Assembly (NCBI GenBank): GCA_030390025.1
Contig: CM059433.1
Location: forward strand, 7,504,001-7,568,000
Direction: 5' to 3'
DNA: 64,000 nucleotides
Origin: Squalus acanthias
Lineage: Eukaryota
Within the stretch, counting starts at the first letter, position 1. Every line of letters begins with the position of its first letter. A model generated the notes under the pieces. It searched no databases. It had not been told where the DNA came from and saw only the letters and a list, made by a program, of their open reading frames with translations. Position numbers and translations under genes: made by a program. This document shows positions 50,340-62,600 of this stretch, one piece after another.

Positions 50340-51620
50340 TAAACAACAATTTGCATTTATATAGTGCCTTTAATGTGGTGAAACGTCCAAAGGAGCTTCA
50401 GAGGAACGTTATCCAACAAAATGTGACACTGAGCCACACAATGCAATATTAGGACAGCTGACCAAAACCTTGGACAAGGAGGAAGATTTTAAGGAGTGTC
50501 TTAAAGAAGGAGAGGTTTAGGAAGGGGACTCCAGAGCTTAGGGCTGAGGCAGCTGAAGGCACGGCCACCAATGGTGGAGCGATTAAAATTGGGGATGTGC
50601 AAGAGGCCAGAATTGGAGTTGCGCAGAGATCTTGAAGTCTTGTAGGGCTGAAGGAGGTTACAGAGATAGGGTGAGGCGAGGCAACAGAGGGATTTGAAAA
50701 TGAGGATGAGAATTTTAAAATCAAGGTGTTGCCAAACTGGGAGCCAATGTACGTCAGCGAGCACAGGGGTGATGGGTGAACGGGACTTGGTGCAAGTTAA
50801 GATACGGGCAGCAGAGTTCTGGATGACCTCAAGTTTACGTAGGGTGGAAGATGGGAGGCCGGCCAGGAGTGCGTTAGAATAGTCAAGTCTAGGGGTAACA
50901 AAGGCATGGATTAGGGTTTCAGTAGCAGATGAGCTGAGGTGGGGTAGTGTCTGGAAGAGGTGGTCATGCTGATGGAGCGAATATGTAGTCGGAAGCTCAT
51001 CTTGGTGTCAAATACGATACCAAGGTTGTGAGTGGTCTGGTTCAGCCTCAAATGGTTGCCAGGGAGTGGGATGGAGTTGGTGGCTAGGCTAGGGAACGGA
51101 GTTTGTGGCGGGGACCGAAGACAATGGCTTCAGCCTTCCCAAAATTTAGTTGGAGGAAATTTTTCTTATGTCGAACATGCAGTGTGACAAATCAGAGACA
51201 GTGGAGGGGTCAACAGAGGTGGTGGTGAGGTAGAGCTGGTTGTCAACAGCGACATGTGGAACCTAACGTGTTTTCAGATGTCGCTGAGGAGCAGCATGTA
51301 GATGAGAAACAGGAGGGGGCCAAGGGTAGATCCTTGGGGAACTCCAGAGGTAACCGTGCGGGAGTGGAAAGAGAAGCTATTGCAGGTGATTCTCTGGCTC
51401 CGACTTGATAAGAATGGAACCAGGTAAGCGCAGTCCCACCCAGCTGGACGACGAAGGAGAGGCATTGGAGGAGGATGGTGTCAACGGCTGCAGACAGGTC
51501 AAGAAGGATGAGGAGGGATAGTTTACCACGCTCTGTCATCTAGGATGTAATTTATGACTTTGTTAAGGGCCGTTTCAGTACTGTGGCAAGGGCGGAAGCC
51601 CAATTGGAGGCATTCAAACA
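50340..51620 (-). mobile_element. L2-type LINE, RT to 3' end
   Basis: GFRPCHSTETAL, LLILLDLSAA, SGVPQGSTLGPLLF, HWLPV..FKIL, GGRAFS. Confidence 0.92.
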
Positions 51621-51623
51621 TGG

Positions 51624-52320
51624 AGGCCGCGATTTCGCCGACTGAGGTGGATCCGGGGCAGCCGGGGTCGATGTCGCGGTCCCAGCCCGCTGCCGACTGC
51701 AGCCCGCACTCTCCAAGTGACTTTCCGTTGATTGGGCTTGTTAAGCCCGCCCTGCAAGGTTCCCGGACAGTTAAAGGGAAGTGGGTTTGATGACATGTCA
51801 TCGGCTGGTTTCCTTAAGGGGGCCATGTCCAAATTGATTTTAACAGTTCTGTTGTCCATGTTCTACAGCATTGAGGTGCTGCAAACAATGACTAGCACTG
51901 CACAAAGGTGCACGGCTGCACCCAGACACTCCCATGACTCCCTCCATATGCTTATGGAAGGAGTCTCAGCACGCAGGGAGGTTCTCTTCCCTTCCCATGG
52001 GCGGGAGAGACCTCCCAAGGAGTTCAACGCAGGCTGGTTGCACATTGCACAGGAGGGCACAAGCAGGGATGTCGTCAGGAGGCCCAGGCTGCAGAGGCGC
52101 AAGCCTTTCAGTGATCCCAGTAGATCACGAAATGTTACTGCCAAGCCACACTCGGCCTCATCCTGCTGTGCCACTCATCACATCAACATCACTCTGCCTT
52201 CTCTACCCTACTCCTGCACGTCTTTACTCACACCAACTTTCCTTGCACCTCCAGCCATCCCCCTCTATCTACATTATCACTTCCCCATCTCACTAGCCAC
52301 CCCTCACCCTCATCCTACTG
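51624..52320 (+). mobile_element. Harbinger transposon remnant: terminus plus a Myb/SANT-like DNA-binding ORF exon
   Basis: Within ORF 51732-52610, APRHSHDSLHMLMEGVSARREVLFP..AGWLHIAQE..RRPRLQRRKPFSD fits the Myb/SANT (trihelix) pattern. A TIR-like ggccgcgatttcgcc lies at the left end. Confidence 0.72.
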
Positions 52321-52325
52321 CAAGC

Positions 52326-53163
52326 ATAGATAGGAGCAGGAGTAGGCCATTCGGCCCTTCAAGCCTGCTTCGCCATTCAATGAGATCATGGCTGATCATC
52401 CAAATTCAGTACCCTGTCCTTGCTTTCTCCCCATATCCCTTGATCCCTTTAGCCTTAAGAAATATATCTAACTCCTTCTTGAATATATTTAATGAATTGG
52501 CCTCAACTGCCTTCTGTGGTAGAGAATTCCACAGGTTCACCACTCTCTGGGTGAAGAAATTCCTCCTCATCTCAGTCCTAAATGGCTTACCCCTTATCCT
52601 TAGACTGTGACCCCTGGTTCTGGACTCACCCGCCATCGGGAACATCCTTCCTGCATCTAGTCTGTCTAGGCCTGTTAGAATTTTATAAGTTTCAATGAGA
52701 TCCCCTCTCATTCTTCTAAACTCTAGCGAGTATAAGCCTAATCGACCCAATCTCTCTTCATACGTCATCCTTACCATCCCAGGTATCAGTCTGGTGAATC
52801 TTAGCTGCACTCCTTCCATGGCAAGAACATCCTTCCTCCGATAAGGTGACCAAAACTGCACACAATACTCAAGGAGTGGTCTCACCAAGGCCCTGTACAA
52901 CTGCAGCAAGACATCCCTGCTCCTGTACTCGAATCCTCTCTCTATGAAGGCCAACATACCATTTGCCTTCTTAACCGCCTGCTGCACCTGCATGCTTACC
53001 TTCAGCGACTGGTGCACAAGGACACCCAGATCTTGTTGCACCTCCCCTTTTCCCAATCTATTGCCGTTCAGATAATAATCTGCCTTCCTGTTTTTGCCAC
53101 CAAAGTGGATAACCTCACATTTATCCACATTATACTGCATCTGCCATGCATTTGCCCACTCCC
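52326..53163 (-). mobile_element. CR1 LINE 3' fragment, same subfamily as 14140-15087
   Basis: Minus ORF 52406-53173: WQMQYNVDKCEV..EYCVQFWSP..FFTQRVV. Confidence 0.95.
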
Positions 53164-53250
53164 CAGTGAGCAATCTCGGCCAGGTTGGGAAAGAAGTGGG
53201 CTGGGGTTCCTGCTATGGATTGCTTCCATGCTGGAAGTGAGTGAGAGAAG

Positions 53251-53980
53251 GGGCCGGATCTTGCTTGAGTGCAGCATCTCACGGCACACACCATTGGTTT
53301 CCTGCATCCTTCAGCTCGAAATTCTGGTGCAGCGTAACTTGCTGGAAATGCGAGCTTATAACGGCGTGGCGAGGGCAACAAGGCATCTGAGACCTTGGTG
53401 AACGGCCAGACAAATGGTGTACCTCCTTAACCAATGAGATTTAAGGATTGCTAAAGAAACAGGAATGACGGAGAGGGAGGGTGAATTAGAATCAAATTTG
53501 GTATCGAAAGAGAAATAGAGAGGGAAAGAAATATTTAATTGAGAGAGAGAGAAAAGAGACGGAAAGAAAAAAATTAAAATTTTAAATTTGACATTTTTAA
53601 AAAGCTCATCAACAATTTACTATATGCAGGAATGAGATTGAACAGTATAAATTATTCCATTTCTGAGCCAGAGAGGTTGATTGGCATTGCAATAGCAATT
53701 ACCACGTTGCTAAAAGCTGTTACGTTCCAGCATCACTTTCTACGGCAAGTTTAATGGGCAATTAATATGTAAATCCAACATGTTCTTAAAAATAACAAGG
53801 AGGCTAAGGGCGAGATTCTGTTTGTGCAAAGCAAACGACGAGCGGCATAAATTGACCAGCAAGTTCTGGAGATTCGCAACTCACAGCATATCTCTTAATC
53901 CCCTGAATTTGCTGGCCAATTTGCACATTAATAACAACATGTGTCATTAACACACTTACTTTTCCAGCAAGATCCGGCCC
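53251..53980. mobile_element. Harbinger-like MITE, 730 bp
   Basis: Perfect 15-bp TIRs GGGCCGGATCTTGCT / AGCAAGATCCGGCCC. The TSD is not preserved. Confidence 0.82.
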
Positions 53981-54756
53981 ACTATGTCAAATAAGGACTG
54001 CATTGAGTTCTGTTTGATCTCCCAGTAGTCAAATATTCTGCAGATATTCAGACCGAGGCTGTCTGCCCCACCCCTACTAATTTTCGATAGATATGGGACA
54101 GGTGGGGGCAGAAAGCCACTTGGAATGCGCTACACCATATCCCTGTTGTTTTTCAGGGAAAGGTCCCATCAGCTTATAGTATGCCTGCTCACATGGGTAG
54201 GTGTATGTAAATCTGATGCCGAAGAGGGAAACACAGTCTCTGCCATGTTTCCCGCGTTTGCCCAGTTCAAATGCTGGATACAGTCGTCTATTATGCCTCC
54301 CTGTACAGTGTGTGAAGGTCAGTGGAAAAGGGCCTTGGAGCTTCAGGAGAAGAGGGGCCTGTGCAAGCATTCTTGGAACACAACCATGCACAGGGCCCAT
54401 TGGAGATGCCCCCAATCAGAAAGCCCATGTCTCTCTGTTGAGACAAACATAGGAATAATGGTCACTTGGTGGGTGACGTGTACCTATGGAGAGGAGAGAA
54501 AATTGGTGAGGAGGAAAAAAAAAATAATTTCATTCAAAGTATATAAAATTGCCTGTTAAAATAGTAAGTATAATAATACAAGTCACTGTAAGTGGAAATA
54601 AGCTCCTGCAACTGAGACAAGGGAAGATAGTTTCACATTTTTTGTGATTATTCTCACTCATTGTTGCTTCACCATCTCTTCATTTAAACTCAGCAGTAGT
54701 CATTGCTCGGTTAGGCTAGTGGATTATAAAAACTCTGTTACAGCGTGCATTCATGA

Positions 54757-55157
54757 AATCATAGAAATTTACGGCACAGAAGGAGGCCATTTGGCCCATC
54801 GTGTCTGTGCCGGCCGAAAAAGAGCTATCCAGCCTAATCCCACTTTCCAGCTCTTGGTCCATAGCCCTGTAGGTTACGGCACTTCCAAGTGCATATCTGA
54901 GTACTTTTTAAATACGATGAGGGTTTCTGCCTCTACCACTCCTTCAGGCAGTGAGTTCCAGACCCCCACCACCCTCTGGGTGATAAAAGTTCTCCTCGAC
55001 TCCCCGCTAATCCTTCTACCAATTACTTTAAATCTATGCCCCCTGGTTATTGACCTAACTGTTAAGGGATATAGGTCCTTCCTATCCACTCTATCTAGGC
55101 CCCTCATAATTTTATACACCTCAATTAAGTCTCCCCTCAGCCTCCTCTGTTCCAAAG
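54757..55157 (-). mobile_element. CR1 3' fragment
   Basis: LEQRRLRGDLIEVYKIMRG.. plus tail. Confidence 0.92.
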
Positions 55158-56294
55158 AATTATTCAACCCTGACCAGTTACATCCCACAGTTAACATTTC
55201 ATAGTCCTAACAGTACAGGAACTGTTGTGTTCCATATTGTAGAATATTTGATCATCTATGTCTATACTTATCCATACGAGTTTTAGTCCTGAATAGAGAT
55301 TAACCAAGTTTTATTTTAAAGGGATTAATCAATACAGTATTAACCAATTTGCTGATAGTCTGTTCCACTTTTCTATTTCTCATTGGAAAAAGAAATTCAG
55401 TTAATCGCAAGTCTCACTGGAAACTAGTTTTATATTTGTCTCCTCAACTTCTACAATCATATTGAAAAGATATTGTTTGTATTAGTCTCACTGTAAGGGG
55501 AAGCACTTGATCATGTGCCCCACTGGGATTGACCTTTCCATAAGTTACTGGTGTAAACTAAAATATTCATGTTTTTTGTATGCACGTTTTATGCTTCCTG
55601 TACCAATTTGCATTAATTTACATCCACATTAAAATCTATTTATCAAGGCTCCTTTGATTGTCATCAATCTCCCTTACTTTATTCACCTGACCACATTGCT
55701 TGATGTTGTTAGCAAGTTTTCTAATACTTGAAGTACCCACCTCCATATATTGACAAATAGTATAAACATAAGGGAATCCAAAACAAACTCCTATAGAACT
55801 ACAGTAATCATTGCTTTGCTGGCACATCTTTTTCTATTTATCATCTCTCTCTTCTTTAGATTGTCAAGCCAGTTTTCAACCGAGGAAGCTAATTTTTCAT
55901 TTATTTAATTGCATTACTTTTCTTAAGTTCTCCATGCAGAGCTTTACCAATTGCCTTTTAAAATTTCAAGTGAATCCACTGGTAGCTCTAATCCTTTAAT
56001 GAAGGGATGACCTATTACCTCTGAAACAAAGCTGACAAACCCCAAAATGGTGGTCTTGCTTTTGCATTCAGATCCATAGATATCTGTAGAGTTTTTCAGA
56101 ATTTTTTTTCCTGCTACAAATTTTTTTTGGCTAACTAGGCTAGAATTTCCTGATTCACCCCTCACTCCCTTTTTGAATATTGGTATAATGTTCACTAACC
56201 AGTCTTCAGGTACAACACTGGTATTTATCTCTGCTTACTTCCTTGAAGGTTCTAGGGTGTATCTCACCTCATCCAGTTACCTCGCAGATATTTA

Positions 56295-56612
56295 AAAAGA
56301 AAAAGACTTGCATTTATATAGCGCCTTTCACGACCACCGGACGTCTCACTTTACAGCCAATGAAGTACTTTTTGGAGTGTAGTCACTGTTGTAATGTGGA
56401 AAACACGGCAGCACAGCAAGCTCCCACAAACAGCAATGTGATAATGACCAGACAATCTGTTTTTGCTATGTTGACCTCTGACAGTGCAGCATTCCCTCAG
56501 CACTGCACTGGGAGTGTCAGCCTAGCTTTTTGTGCTCAAGTCCCTGGAGTGGGACTTGAACCCACAACCTTCTGACTCAGAGGCGAGTGTGCTACCCACT
56601 GAGCCACAGCTG
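56295..56612 (-). mobile_element. SacSINE1-like SINE with an internal deletion
   Basis: tRNA head gtggctcagtgggtagcac..gggttcaagtccc and the matching tail. Confidence 0.88.
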
Positions 56613-57949
56613 ATAATTTTTTTTATGAGTCTTCACACATTTTAGTTAGAAGCTTGGTGGAGAGAACCTCTGCCTTTTTAGTACCATCACCCTAACCAGA
56701 GAAGCCTGGATCCTGGGGTTCTTTTATTCCTTTAATGAACTGTATCACTGTGTCTTATTGTGAGTACATTTTCTCAATAATGAACTTAATAAAAATTCTG
56801 AGTTGTGGGTAATAACATCACTCCTGGCAGCAGAGGCATCAGTCTAAGAATGAAGTTGCCAGACACTGAAAAGTTTGGCAGGAACATGCAGCGACAAATC
56901 AGTAAATCAGTTCATTGTGCAGCTTTGTAGCTCTTTTTTTTAAAAAAGACTGGCTGAAGGCTGTTATGTGATGTAGAGAAATTTGTTCAATTATAGCAGA
57001 AGAAGAATAGGGGTTTTCAAAAAAGGATTTCCAATGCTTAGCACAATAGTATTTTTTTCTTTATTTTAGAAAGATTGAGCTATTTCAGTATTTTGTGAGG
57101 TATCAATGTAGACTTGGGGAGGTACAGTAAAATTGGAACTCCTCAAACAACCAAAGATTGCTGCATTGAAACTACCTTTGAGAAAAATAAGCAGAAACAG
57201 TGTATTGTTACTGACACCAGTCTTTATAGGGATAGTAACAGGGTACTGAACTTTCCTGCATTCTGTAATTAGAAAAAGAACCTTATATTATAACAATTTT
57301 TTAATGCTATATATCATAAGGTCCAGAGGTCCAGTATCAGTTTAATTATTAGCATATCATCTTTACTATTCACAAACTTAATTCAAAGCAACTGAAAAAC
57401 AGTACTGGAAAAAGAATGGCATCTATTCCCAATATGTAACTCAAATCAACTTAACTAAAGGGTAGTGTGATTTTGCAACATGTTAGAAAATCAAGACACT
57501 GCAACCTGGAGCCATAGTACAACAACAACTGACACTTATGTATTGCCTCCTTTAATATCGAGCAATGGCCCGAGGTACTTCATAAAGCAAGAGGTTGAGG
57601 TAGCAGACATTAAGCAAGAATTGGGAAGGTGGCCAAAGCAATAAATTTAAGGTTTTTGACGGTGGAAAGAGATGTTTCAAGGTAGAAAGGTTTGGGAAGA
57701 AAATTCAAAAGTAAGGGAGTAATGTTGGCTGACTGCGGTCACATTGGTGGAATGGAAGGAGAGCGAACGCACATTAGATCAGAGCAAAAAGAATGAAGGG
57801 TGAATGCTGGATTGTCAGACTCATGGAGGTTACAGACAGGGTAGCCATGGAGGCGTTTGAAAATAATGACAAAGAATTTTAAATCAGTGTTTTCAGGGGC
57901 AGGGAGTCACTAACATTGCAGATTAAGATAGAGCGAGACTCAGCAAATT

Positions 57950-59700
57950 GTAGACCGGATGTTTGAAATACAGTGACCACCACCATTTAGGAGTGTTAGC
58001 AGGTGAGTCAGCCGCCGCCTTTTTCATAGTATTTCAGAGTGGATGTAAACTGGGAATCTGCCCACACTCAGATTTGCTAATTAGGACACAGTGAGACTTA
58101 GTGAATCGTAGACTGGGTATTTGCATGTGGCGTCATCGTTTATGAGTGTTAGCAGGTGAGTCACCTCACTTCATCTGAACTTTAACTTACAGTTCTTACT
58201 TTGTAAGGGTGTAGGGCAGAAAGTGACTTTCTATACACATTAAGTAAAAATAATACATTCGAGTGAGTAAATAGAAATAATTCAATAAACAATAATATAA
58301 AAAATCAAAAGGGCATCGACCTGAAATGTTAACTGTTTCTCTCGCCACAGATGCTGCCTGACCCATTGAGTATTTCCAACATTTTCTATTTTTATTATGT
58401 CAAAAATCTGTTGGGTTAAATATATAAATCGGTATAGAAGGATCAGAGCCTGGAGTGATGTGTGCGACATGCATGAAGTGGACCTGCAGTGTAAATACAT
58501 ATGTATGAAGTGCACAAAGGTTGCACTCCTCGAGCAGAATGTCGCGCAGTTTGAGAGTCAACCGGGCATGCTCCGCAACCTTCGGGAGGAAGAACGTTTT
58601 CTAGAGCAGATGTTCCAGTGGTACTGGTCACCCAACATGTTGCCAGGAGTACAGAAGCTGGTAAGGGAGACTGGGTGACAATCCGCAGCCAGGGCAGGGA
58701 TTAGCAGGTGAGGGTAGACGGAATCATCTATGGAGCTGGATTTGTCTAATAGGTATATCTGTGTTTGTACCAGTGATGTGGACAAAAGGGGTGACATCAA
58801 GGAGGGTAACCATGAGCGACTACAAGGCAGTGAGGAGCAAGTGGTTACCCACGGGGGAAACAGACAGGGGTATATAGTTTCTTTTGTAGACATGATCCAG
58901 AGCCCCAACAAATGGTACGTTGCTTTCCAGGTACCAGAGTTCAGGACATCACGGAGCGAATACAAAAATGGAATGAGAGACTGAGCAGCCGGAGGTGGTG
59001 GTTCATGTGGGAAGCAATGACATAGAAAGGAGTAGGTTCGAGGTTCTGCAAAGGGATTTCAAGGAGCTAAATTCTACATTACAGAGCAGAACCTCCAGGA
59101 TAGTAATATCTGGATTACTCCCAGTGCCAAGTACAGAGCCAGATGGAGAGGAAGATTAAGATTGCCAATGCATGGCTGGAAGAAAGGTGTAGAAGGGAGG
59201 ATTTCAGATTCCTTAGACACTGGGACCACATAGGGCCTGGGAAGGCTGTACAGACAGAATGGCCTTCACCTAAACTGGAGAAGCACTCGCATGCTTGCAG
59301 AAAGGGTAAATAGAGCAGTGGGATAGATTTAAACTAATTAGGGGGTGGGGTGGGAGGTGAAAATCCACATTTTAAGTCAAAAAGTGTGAGAAAAAGACCA
59401 GCAGGACATATGGGCAAGGCGGGGACAGTTACCCAGATAAGAGTTATATACACGAATGCACGTAGTATAAGAAATAAAGCAAGTGAGTTAGAAGTACAGA
59501 TTCAGCTTAAAGGGTATGATATAGTAGCCATTACAGAGACCTGGCTACACTCTGAGCATGATTGGAAGCTAAATATTCCAGGCTATAGGACCTTTAGAAA
59601 GGACAGAGAAATTGGAAAAGGAGGAGGAGTAGTAATATTTATAAAAGACACAATTACTGCAGTAGAAAGAAGAGATTTCATTGAGGATGATCGGGCTCTT
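57950..59700 (+). mobile_element. Degraded CR1 5' portion: 5' UTR, ORF1 (zinc finger, esterase) and start of the ORF2 endonuclease
   Basis: CDM..YICMKC zinc finger, VVVHVGSND and NGLHLN esterase motifs, then IYTNARSIRNK..DIVAITETWL..GKGGGV. A Penelope-like fragment interrupts it at about 58305-58395. Confidence 0.88.
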
Positions 59701-59748
59701 TAAAGGCAGATGCAGGCAAAACCCTAATGGGAGAGTGTTAAATGAGTA

Positions 59749-59929
59749 ATAAAAACAGAAAATGCTGGAAATACTCAGCAGATCAAGCAGCATCTGTGGA
59801 GACAGAAATAGAGTTAACATTTCAGGTCAATGACCTTTCGTCGCTGGATCCTAAGCTCACTCTGAAAAGCGACCCGAAATGTTAACTCTGTTTTCAGATT
59901 TCCAGCATCCGCAGGATTTTGCTTTTGTG
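59749..59929. mobile_element. Penelope-like foldback insertion with 9-bp flanking direct repeats
   Basis: Two opposed fragments of the dispersed repeat, with aaatgagta at 59740-59748 and 59930-59938. Confidence 0.72.
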
Positions 59930-59942
59930 AAATGAGTACTTT

Positions 59943-61520
59943 GGCCCCGAAATTCCCTACCTTACCTCCACGAGTTAGCACTGCAATCCTGGCGAAAAAT
60001 GGCGGCTGCCGCTCTTAACACCCTTCTCTGGTGTGGGACTTGGCGTCTGCCATTTTGGTGAGGGCTTTAGCGCTGCTGGCCCCAGAGATGCTAATATGGA
60101 GAGCGTGATGTAATGCTGACTTAACATCACGCTCTGCGAACTTGGACCTTGGCACTGAGTTTAGCGCTGGATCCTAAGCTCGCTCTGAAAAGCGAGCGTG
60201 CAGCAGACCTACAGAGACGCTGTCAGCACTTCTTAAAGGGACACACACATCTTTCAGGTAAGTTTGCATTTAAGCTTTTGGACCTGATTTTTTATATTTT
60301 ATTGAAGTAGTGGCTTGGTGCAATAGATGTTAAAAGTTTTCTTAAGTGTGCAGGGAGTGCTGCGGACGCTTGCAAGGCCTCGGATGGTAAAGGAAGGCCT
60401 CTGAGAAGATAGAAAATGCTGGAAATACTCAGCAGGTCAGGCAGCATCCGTCGAGAGAGAAACAGAGTTCTCATCTCGGGTCGAGATACTGCCTCACCTG
60501 CTGAGTATTTCCAGCATTTTCTGCTTTTATTGCAGATTTCCAGCATCCACTCGCAGAGGGAAGAGGGGGAAGCAGAAGGAAGGATGCAACCCAGACAGCC
60601 CTTTACTGACCGGGATATCCGGGATGGAATCATCCGCCTGCGGTACCAGTGACCACAACCCCAATTCCCCTTTCAACATTTGTCCCACACATTACCTTCC
60701 CTCTGTTACTGACCATCACAGTGTCCACTTGACAACAATGTTGAAATAAAAGCCACCACAAAGCAAACTTTCCAATCCAACTTTATAAATCTATCCATCC
60801 AATATGACATCAAAAAATCAACTAATCACCCTTGTGCATTCCCTTAGTGATTGTCTTATGTGTGCCTTTGCCTATCCTACTGATGTCACGCAGTGCTACC
60901 CCAGTGGCTGCAGCATGGCTGGTGGAAGGCTGCTGACTTTCAGTGGGGGACACTGCAAATGGCCTTGCTAGTCAACCTTTAGGAGCTGATGGCTGGGAGT
61001 GTGAAATTGAGTGACGGTGTTTCTGTTTCTTCTTCACTCTCCTCTCCCTCTTCTTGGTCAACCATTGGCTGGGCAGGCTGCATTTCTTGGGTGTGTGAAA
61101 TGAGGAAGGCACAAGGGTGTAGTTGTATTGAGGGGAGGGCGGGAAAGCAAGAGGTGCATGTGAGAAGGAGGATAACGTATGCCCTTGCCAAGAATGGCCA
61201 GCACCATCTCCTCCAAGGGGGTAAGATGAAGCTTGGAATGGGAGGTGTACCTCATGTTTGGTAGGTGAGTGATTGGGTGGGGGGAGTCGTGCATTGAGAA
61301 GCTTGTGAGGCTAATGGTGCAATTGGTAGGAGACTGCTTTTGAAGATGCATTCACTGACCTTGACCACTGGTCTGAGGTCATGAAGCTTCTTTAGGCACT
61401 GGAGCCAGGTTGCTGGCAGTGACGGCCTCGGTGATCTGGTCCCACATCCTTCTTTCTGGAGGGCCTCTGGCCCCTGTGGGTAGAGGATCTCTCTTGCAGT
61501 GTTGACCCCCTGCACAAAGC
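59943..61520. mobile_element. Harbinger transposon remnant with a convergent transposase 3' end (+) and Myb/SANT ORF exons (-)
   Basis: TIR-like ggccccgaaattcc. Plus 60550-60652: EEGEAEG..DRDIRDGIIRLRYQ*. Minus: VQGVNTAREILYP..TWLQCLKKLHDL and HLTPLEEMVLAILG. A Penelope-like foldback lies at about 60411-60548. Confidence 0.65.
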
Positions 61521-61549
61521 TGGAGTGCTGCATACGAGACACTGAGTGC

Positions 61550-62065
61550 CCACAATACAGGAAGGATGTGATTGCACTGGAGAGGGTGCAGAGGAGATTT
61601 ATGAGGATGTTGCCAGGACTGGAAAACTTTAGCTATGAGGAAAGATTGGATAGACGGGTTGTTTTCCTTGGAACAGAGGAGGCTGATGGGGAGATTTAAT
61701 TGAGATGTATAAAATTATGAGGGGTCTAGATAGAGTGGATAGGAAGGACCTATTTCCCTTAGCAGAGGGGTCAAGAACCAGGGGGCATAGATTTAAAGTA
61801 ATTGGTAGAAGGATTAGAGGGGAGATGAGGAAAAAATTTTCACCCAGAGGGTGATGGGTGTCTGAAACTCACTGTCCGAAAGGGTGGTAGAGGCAGAAAT
61901 CTCATCACATTTAAAAGGTAATTGGATATGCACTTGAAGAGCCGTAACCTACAGGGTTACGGACCAAGTGCTGATAGGTGGGATTAGGCTGGGTAGCTCT
62001 TTTCTGACCGGCATGGACAAGATGGGCCAAATGGCCTCCTTCTGTGTCATAATTTTTCTATGATT
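61550..62065 (+). mobile_element. CR1 3' fragment
   Basis: YRKDVIALERVQRRF.. plus tail. Confidence 0.92.
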
Positions 62066-62084
62066 CTATCATCTGACACTGAGC

Positions 62085-62600
62085 ACGTGGACAGGTATCA
62101 GTTGCTCAAAGAGAGCCAGCATGCATTTTTGAAGTGTAGGTCATGTCTGACTAATCTAATTGAATTTTATGAGGAGGTTACTAGCATGGTGGATAGGGGA
62201 CTGTCTATGGATGTTGTCTATATGGACTTCCAGAAGGTATTTGATAAGGTTCCGCATAACAGATTATTAGCAAAAATGATAGTGCATGGAATTGGAGGTA
62301 ACCTTTTGACATAGATTAGTAATTGCTTGGGAGATAAGAGACAGTGAGTAGGGTTAAAGGGAACATTCTCTGATTGGCAAAATGTGACAAGTGGTGTTCC
62401 CCAGGGATCTGTTCTGAGGCCTCAGCTTTTCACCATATGTATTAATGACTTGGATGAAGGAATAGAGAGTTGTATATTCAATTTTCACATGACACTAAGT
62501 TAGGAGGCACAGTAAGCTGTGTAGATGATAGCAGGAAGTTACAAAGGGACATAGACAGACTAAGTGAGTGGGCAAAACTATTGATGGAGTGCAATGTGTT
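62085..62600 (+). mobile_element. Degraded CR1 RT fragment
   Basis: ESQHAF..SCLTNLIEF..YMDFQKVFDKVPH, SGVPQGS. Confidence 0.9.

Noticed and set aside
51732..52610. 292-aa ORF as a host gene
   Set aside because: It is a chimera of a Harbinger Myb remnant and antisense CR1 sequence.
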